From the IMG/VR virus record IMGVR_UViG_2734482537_000002: a stretch of DNA of 16,599 nt, one strand, 5' to 3'. This DNA comes from a virus. Its lineage: Duplodnaviria; Heunggongvirae; Uroviricota; Caudoviricetes. Shown here piece by piece: positions 8,283 through 16,599 of this stretch. The notes beneath the pieces were generated by a model. The model did not search any database and was not told the origin of the DNA. It saw nothing but the letters and a program-made list of their open reading frames with translations. How positions within the stretch are numbered: position 1 is the stretch's first letter; every line of letters begins with the position of its first letter. A program made the translations under genes and the position numbers.

Positions 8283-9308
8283 TTACGCCAGTTGAACGGA
8301 CACGAACTCATCAGGATCAGCCAGCAGCATCAGCGGTGCTGACTGAATCATGGTGAACTCACGCGCCGGATCGCCGGTGGTCACCCAGTTTTTCGGGTAA
8401 CGGGCAGAAGCGTTAATGCCTTCGCGCTGTGCGTCCGCATCCTGAATGCAGCCATAGGTGCGCAGACCGCGAGCCTGAGTGTTCCCCAGCACCATCGTGT
8501 TGTCCGGCAGGAAGTTCTTTTTGACGCCGTTTTCCACGTACTGTCCGGAATACACGACGATGGCCACATCGCCATACATTCCCTTATAGGACACCGCTTT
8601 GCCCAGGTCTTTTACCGCTGTCTCCAGCTCGGAATGAGAGCCGCGACGGGTATCCAGCTTCTCCTTGACGGCTTTGAAGGAACGGAACAGCGCCCAGCCT
8701 TTCGGGTCAAACACGATGATATTCACCACACCGCTGGCGTTCAGCGCGTAGGCTTCGATATCGTCGGTCGGGTCATACGTGGACTTGTCACGCTTGCTCC
8801 ACTCCGTGACGCCGGACTGTGTGATGTTGTTCGCCGCACTGCGGCCCATATCCACCTCAACCGGATCGAAGGCTTCACCGGTCATGGTGTATTTGCCCTT
8901 GAGCACGGCAGAAACTGCCTGCATCTCTTCGACCTGAGCAATGGCCAGCTCTTCGTCACGCATGTTCTGCATGATGATGCGACGGCGGCGGTAAGCCGGG
9001 TCCGCCAGATTCTGCGGATCTTCATCCGGCAGGCGACGCAGGGTCATCTGCGGATTCACCTCATGCTTGGGTTTGACATATCCCGGCGTAAATTCAGAGG
9101 TGGAGCCGCCACGGGAACGGATAACCTCACCGGAAACAATCGGCGAAACGTACAGCGCCATGTTTACCAGTCCCGGAATTTGTGAGAGATAGACTTTCTC
9201 CGTAGTGAAGGGATAGCTCTCACGGAAAAAGAGACGCAGAAACAGCGGATCAAACTTAAATTTCTGCTCATTTGCCGCCAGCAGCTGGGCGGTTGTGTAC
9301 ATCGACAT
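8283..9308 (-). CDS. E: Major capsid protein E
   Basis: ATG at 9308..9306 gives 341 aa starting MSMYTTAQLLAANEQKFKFDPLFLRLFFRESYPF, lambda gpE from memory. The ORF-track start 27 nt upstream is an in-frame extension. Confidence 0.96.
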   Translation of the reverse strand: MSMYTTAQLLAANEQKFKFDPLFLRLFFRESYPFTTEKVYLSQIPGLVNMALYVSPIVSGEVIRSRGGSTSEFTPGYVKPKHEVNPQMTLRRLPDEDPQNLADPAYRRRRIIMQNMRDEELAIAQVEEMQAVSAVLKGKYTMTGEAFDPVEVDMGRSAANNITQSGVTEWSKRDKSTYDPTDDIEAYALNASGVVNIIVFDPKGWALFRSFKAVKEKLDTRRGSHSELETAVKDLGKAVSYKGMYGDVAIVVYSGQYVENGVKKNFLPDNTMVLGNTQARGLRTYGCIQDADAQREGINASARYPKNWVTTGDPAREFTMIQSAPLMLLADPDEFVSVQLA

Positions 9309-9363
9309 AAAAAAATCCCGTAAAAAAAGCCACACAGGCGGCCTTTAGTGATGAAGGGTAAAG

Positions 9364-9696
9364 TTAAACGATGCTGATTGCCGTTCCGGCAAACACGGTC
9401 CGTTTTTTCGTCTCGTCGCTGGCAGCCTCCGGCCAGAGCACATCCTCATAACGGAACGTGCCGGACTTGTAGAACGTCAGTGTGGTGCTGGTCTGGTCAG
9501 CAGCAACCGCAAGAATGCCAACGGCAGCACCGTCGGTGGTGCCATCCCACGCAACCAGCTTACGGGTGGAGGTGTCCAGCATCAGCGGGGTCATTGCAGG
9601 CGCTTTCGCACTCAATCCGCCGGGCGCGGTTGCGGTATGAGCCGGGTCACTATTGCCCAGCGGCTGGTAATGGGTAAAGGTTTCTTTGCTCGTCAT
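9364..9696 (-). CDS. D: Capsid decoration protein D
   Basis: ATG at 9696..9694 gives 110 aa starting [41 protein letters not shown], lambda gpD from memory. Confidence 0.95.
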   Translation of the reverse strand: MTSKETFTHYQPLGNSDPAHTATAPGGLSAKAPAMTPLMLDTSTRKLVAWDGTTDGAAVGILAVAADQTSTTLTFYKSGTFRYEDVLWPEAASDETKKRTVFAGTAISIV

Positions 9697-9705
9697 AAAC
9701 ATCCC

Positions 9706-10101
9706 TTACACTGGTGTGTTCAGCAAATCGTTAACGGCATCAGATGCCGGGTTACCTGCAGCCAGCGGTGCCGGTGCCCCCTGCATCAGACGATCCAGCG
9801 CAGTGTCACTGCGCGTCTGTGCACTCTGTGGTGCTGCGGCCAGAATACGGCGGGCCGTTTCCACGGTCATACCGGGGGTTTCGGCCAGCACGCGTGCCTG
9901 TTCTTCGCGTCCGTGAGCCTCCTCACAGTTGAGGATCCCCATAATGCGACTGTTTTCTGCCGCAACCGCTGCGGTGATCTGCGCGTTCACGTCCGGCTGC
10001 GCCGCGCTGGCGTTCTCGCCCTCCGTCGCTTGCACCACGCCAGTAACGTCAGCCTGCGAAGCAGTGGCTGAAACAGTTGTTGATTGAGTCTCTTTGGTCA
10101 T
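9706..10101 (-). CDS. Nu3: Scaffolding protein Nu3, nested in frame in the 3' third of C
   Basis: Internal ATG at 10101..10099 preceded by AGGAGG (minus-strand RNA caggagggcgaAUG). It gives 131 aa starting MTKETQSTTVSATASQADVT and shares the C stop. The exact annotated start in lambda is uncertain from memory. Confidence 0.75.
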   Translation of the reverse strand: MTKETQSTTVSATASQADVTGVVQATEGENASAAQPDVNAQITAAVAAENSRIMGILNCEEAHGREEQARVLAETPGMTVETARRILAAAPQSAQTRSDTALDRLMQGAPAPLAAGNPASDAVNDLLNTPV

Positions 10102-11005
10102 TCGCCCTCCTGAGAGACGGGATTTACGTGCATCCAGTGCATCACGCATGACGGTGATCGCATCGGTACTGTTAACAAGTTCATCAGCCAGTCCGGCATC
10201 AATGGCCTCCTGACCGCTGTACACTGCAGCCTCGGTATCCAGCACAGCCTGCACGGACAGGCCGGTATATGCCGACACCTTCTGTGCAAACATCCGGCGG
10301 GTTGCATCCATCCGGGACTGCAATGTTTCCCGGACATCATCCGGTAGATGGCTGTAGGGGTTGCCATCCACCTTATGGCTGCCGCTGTAAATCAGCGTGA
10401 TTTCCACGCCCTGTTTCTCCAGTGCAGCGCCGTAATTACTGTGAGCCATCATGACGCCGATGGAGCCTGTCCGGGCGGTCTGCGTGACCAGACGCCGGGA
10501 GGCGGCACTGGCAAGCAGCTGACCTGCGCTGCAGTTCATGTCATTGGCCAGCGCCCATACCGGCTTTATGTCACGCACACGGGCGATGATGTCAGCGCAG
10601 TCAAATGCTCCCGCCACCATTCCGCCCGGTGTGTCCATATCGAGCAGAATGCCGTCCACCATCGGGTCGCTGGCAGCCTGTTGCAGACGGGCGATAATGC
10701 CGTTGTAACCGGTCATCCCCGAGTACGGCTGCAGCGCCCGCGTCCGGCTGACCAGCGTGCCGGACACCGGCAGCACGGCGATGCCGTTCATTACCTGATA
10801 ACTGCGGGCCTGTCGTGGTCCGTCATCATCACCGGATAACGCCAGCGCCGCGGGTGCCTCTCCGGCAGTCAGGCTGTCGCCGGATACTGCATCCGTCAGG
10901 CAGCTGATCCCAAGCTGGCCTGCAAGCGCACAAAAGAAAACCCGCGCATAGGCGGGTTCAAGCATCAGCGGCTCATTAAAAGCCATGCTGGCAATATGCG
11001 GGAGA

Positions 11006-11025
<20 letters not shown>
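9706..11025 (-). CDS. C: Capsid assembly / prohead protease C (S49-type serine protease)
   Basis: GTG start at 11025..11023 preceded by GAGGAGGAG. 439 aa starting (V)TAELRNLPHIASMAFNEPLMLEPAYARVFF, lambda gpC from memory. Overlaps the 3' end of B by 20 nt. Confidence 0.93.
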
Positions 11026-14706
<3,681 letters not shown>

Positions 14707-14732
<26 letters not shown>

Positions 14733-15252
14733 TCAGCAACCCCGGTATCAGTTCATCCAGCGCGGCTGCTTTGTTCATGGCTTTGATGATATCCCGTTTC
14801 AGGAAATCAACATGTCGGTTTTCCAGTTCCGGAAAACGCCGCTGCACCGACAGGGGGATCCCGTCGAGAATACTGGCAATTTCACCTGCGATCCGCGACA
14901 GCACGAAAGTACAGAATGCGGTTTCCACCACTTCAGCGGAGTCTCTGGCATTTTTCAGCTCCTGTGCGTCGGCCTGCGCACGCGTAAGTCGATGGCGTTC
15001 GTACTCAATAGTCCCTGGCTGGAGATCTGTCTCGCTGGCCTGCCGCAGTTCTTCAACTTCCCGGCGCAGCTTTTCGTTCTCAATTTCAGCATCCCTTTCG
15101 GCATACCATCTTATAACGGCGGCAGAGTCATAAAGCACCTCATTACCCTTGCCACCGCCTCGCAGAACGGGCATTCCCTGTTCCTGCCAGTTCTGAATGG
15201 TACGGATACTCGCACCGAAAATGTCAGCCAGCTGCTTTTTGTTGACTTCCAT
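14707..15252 (-). CDS. Nu1: Terminase small subunit Nu1 (cosB-binding)
   Basis: 181-aa ORF, ATG at 15252..15250. Translation MEVNKKQLADIFGASIRTIQNWQEQGMPVLRGGGKGNEVLYDSAAVIRWYAERD matches lambda gpNu1 from memory. Confidence 0.96.
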
Positions 15253-15277
15253 TGTTCATTCCACGGACAAAAACAGA

Positions 15278-15332
15278 GAAAGGAAACGACAGAGGCCAAA
15301 AAGCCCGTTTTCAGCACCTGTCGTTTCCTTTC
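15278..15332. repeat. cosB R2/R1 pair: perfect 15-bp inverted repeat, the Nu1 binding elements
   Basis: gaaaggaaacgacag at 15278..15292 and its exact reverse complement ctgtcgtttcctttc at 15318..15332, separated by 25 bp. This corresponds to the lambda R2/R1 arrangement (established knowledge). Confidence 0.8.
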
Positions 15333-15371
15333 TTTTCAGGGGGTGTTTTAAATAAAAACATTAGGTTACGG

Positions 15372-15389
15372 CGAAGAAGAACGGAAACG
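15372..15389. promoter_or_regulatory. cosB R3-like element
   Basis: cgaagaagaacggaaacg, whose reverse complement CGTTTCCGTTCTTCTTCG matches the lambda R3 region from memory. The A/T-rich stretch 15341..15371 between it and R2 is where the IHF site I1 lies in lambda. Confidence 0.6.
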
Positions 15390-15429
15390 CCTTAAACCGG
15401 AAAATTGTCATAAATAGCGAAAACCCGCG

Positions 15430-15441
15430 CGCCTTCCGCCC
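15430..15441. promoter_or_regulatory. cosN core (position of the 12-nt cohesive end), variant relative to lambda
   Basis: Window reads cgccttccgccc where lambda, in this orientation, is aggtcgccgccc (reverse complement of GGGCGGCGACCT). Flanks on both sides match lambda. 5 of 12 positions differ, all in one half. Confidence 0.7.
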
Positions 15442-15640
15442 CGTAACCTGTCGGATCGCCGGAAAGGACCCGCAAAATGATAATAATTATCATCTACATG
15501 TCACAACGTGCATCTACGCCATCAAACCACGTCAAATAATCAATTATGACGCAGGTATCGTATTAATTGATCTGCATCAACTTAACGTAAAAACAACTTC
15601 AGACAATACAAATCAGCGACACTGAATACAGGGCAACCTC

Positions 15641-15874
15641 ATGTCAACGAAGAACAGAACCCGCAGAACAACAACCCGCAACATCCGCTTTCCTAACCAA
15701 ATGATTGAACAAATTAACATCGCTCTTGTTCAAAAAGGGTCCGGGAATTTCTCAGCCTGGGTCATTGAAGCCTGCCGCCGGAGACTGTGCTCAGAAAAAA
15801 GAGTTTCGCCTGAAGCAAACAAAGAAAAGAGTGACATTACTGAATTGCTCAGAAAACAGGTTAGACCAGATTGA
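15641..15874 (+). CDS. Small ribbon-helix-helix-like (Arc/CopG-type) putative DNA-binding protein; N-terminal two thirds lambda-like, C-terminus divergent
   Basis: 77-aa ORF, ATG at 15641. The pattern NIRFP (beta strand), NQMIEQINIALVQKG (helix), SGNFS (turn), AWVIEACRRRL (helix) fits the RHH fold. The N-terminal part matches the small cos-adjacent ORF at the lambda right end from memory. Transcribed opposite to the late operon. Confidence 0.6.
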   Translation: MSTKNRTRRTTTRNIRFPNQMIEQINIALVQKGSGNFSAWVIEACRRRLCSEKRVSPEANKEKSDITELLRKQVRPD

Positions 15875-15931
15875 AGCAATTTAGATAATCGTGCAGACTA
15901 CGCCCCCTCATATCACATGGAAGGTACTACA

Positions 15932-16342
15932 ATGGCTCAGGTTGCCATTTTTAAACAAATATTCGATAAAGTGCGAAATAATTTAAACTATCACTGGTTT
16001 TATTCTGAACTAAAACGTCACAATGTCTCACATTACATTTACTATTTAGCCACAGAGAATATTCATCTTGTTCTTGAAAACGATAATACGGTTTTAATAA
16101 AAGGACAGGGTAAGGTTGTAAATGTAAGATTTTCAAAAAATAAATGCCTTATAGAAGCCACCTTAAAAGGATTCAAATCAGGAGAGTTATCATTTTACGA
16201 ATACAGGAAAAATCTTGCTACAGCAGGGGTTTTCAGATGGATTACAAATATCCACGAAAACAAAAGGTATTACTATACCTTTGATAATTCATTACTCTTT
16301 ACTGAGAACATACAGAACACTACACAAATATTTCCGCACTAA
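15932..16342 (+). CDS. Hypothetical protein, 136 aa, strongly AT-rich; non-lambda cargo (moron-like)
   Basis: Open frame 15917..16342. The second ATG at 15932 has a GGAAGG ribosome binding site 7 nt upstream. GC content is visibly far below the structural genes. No recognisable catalytic or transmembrane motifs. Possibly related to small DLP12-type prophage proteins of E. coli (memory only, unverified). Confidence 0.55.
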   Translation: MAQVAIFKQIFDKVRNNLNYHWFYSELKRHNVSHYIYYLATENIHLVLENDNTVLIKGQGKVVNVRFSKNKCLIEATLKGFKSGELSFYEYRKNLATAGVFRWITNIHENKRYYYTFDNSLLFTENIQNTTQIFPH

Positions 16343-16350
16343 ATCATAAC

Positions 16351-16379
16351 GTCCGGTTTCTTCCGTGCCAGAACCGGAC
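16351..16379 (+). other. Hairpin 8 nt after the stop of the AT-rich ORF (8-bp perfect stem, 13-nt loop), no U-tract
   Basis: gtccggtt at 16351..16358 pairs with aaccggac at 16372..16379. It is not a canonical intrinsic terminator because no T-run follows. Confidence 0.35.
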
Positions 16380-16387
16380 TCGCTGGC

Positions 16388-16597
16388 ATGATGAAATATG
16401 TGTACCCGGTAACCCCGGTGTGCATCGTTTTTGATTATTCCCGCACACTCGCGCAGAAGGAGTTCCCCGTCGGGCTACGGTCTCTGTTAATACGGGAATA
16501 CGGCGACGATTGGATTTGCCCCTATATTTCCAGACATCTGTTATCACTTAACCCATTACAAGCCCGCTGCCGCAGATATTCCCGTGGCGAGCGATAA
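16388..16597 (+). CDS. Hypothetical small protein (69 aa, or 68 aa from the second ATG)
   Basis: Complete ORF ATG ATG AAA ... TAA (stop at 16595..16597) on the same strand as the two upstream cargo ORFs. No clear ribosome binding site. An alternative 67-aa minus-strand ORF overlaps it, so the coding call is tentative. Confidence 0.35.
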   Translation: MMKYVYPVTPVCIVFDYSRTLAQKEFPVGLRSLLIREYGDDWICPYISRHLLSLNPLQARCRRYSRGER

Positions 16598-16599
16598 CC

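Larger units (their letters stand above)
15253..15480 (-). promoter_or_regulatory. cos packaging site (cosB, cosN, cosQ), contiguous and uncut
   Basis: Immediately upstream of Nu1. The reverse complement closely matches the lambda left-end sequence (cosB) and right-end sequence (cosQ side) from memory, apart from the cosN core. Confidence 0.85.

Noticed and set aside
9309-9335. Upstream extension of E (start MWLFLRDFF...)
   Set aside because: It translates the U-rich D to E intergenic region. The ATG at 9308 gives the lambda E N-terminus (MSMYTT).
15253-15480. Reading the window as the physical end of a linear phage genome
   Set aside because: Sequence continues uninterrupted across cosN, with lambda-like sequence on both sides, so cos is uncut (prophage or concatemer).
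16344-16547. 67-aa minus-strand ORF at the window end
   Set aside because: Arg-rich, no ribosome binding site, and it overlaps the plus-strand ORF. Kept only as an alternative in the findings.

Overview
The window is almost entirely the late (morphogenesis) operon of a lambda-type siphovirus, read in reverse: every structural gene is on the minus strand, in canonical lambda order from right to left: Nu1, A, W, B, C/Nu3, D, E, FI, FII, Z, U, V, G/T, H, M, L, K, I, and the first 22 codons of J at the window start. The translated proteins match phage lambda as I remember it almost residue for residue; this comparison is from memory, not from a database search. A 250-nt run of N (676..925) removes the end of K and the start of I. 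An unnicked cos site sits right of Nu1 (about 15253..15480), so this is a prophage or a circular/concatemeric form, not virion DNA. Right of cos, lambda-like sequence ends near 15790..15810 and is followed by plus-strand cargo: a small ribbon-helix-helix-like ORF, a strongly AT-rich 136-aa ORF and a 69-aa ORF. I see no CRISPR array, tRNA or rRNA, and no convincing novel multi-gene system; the only places where something not lambda-like could sit are the cargo segment (15.6..16.6 kb) and the cos site, whose 12-nt cosN core differs from lambda at 5 positions.
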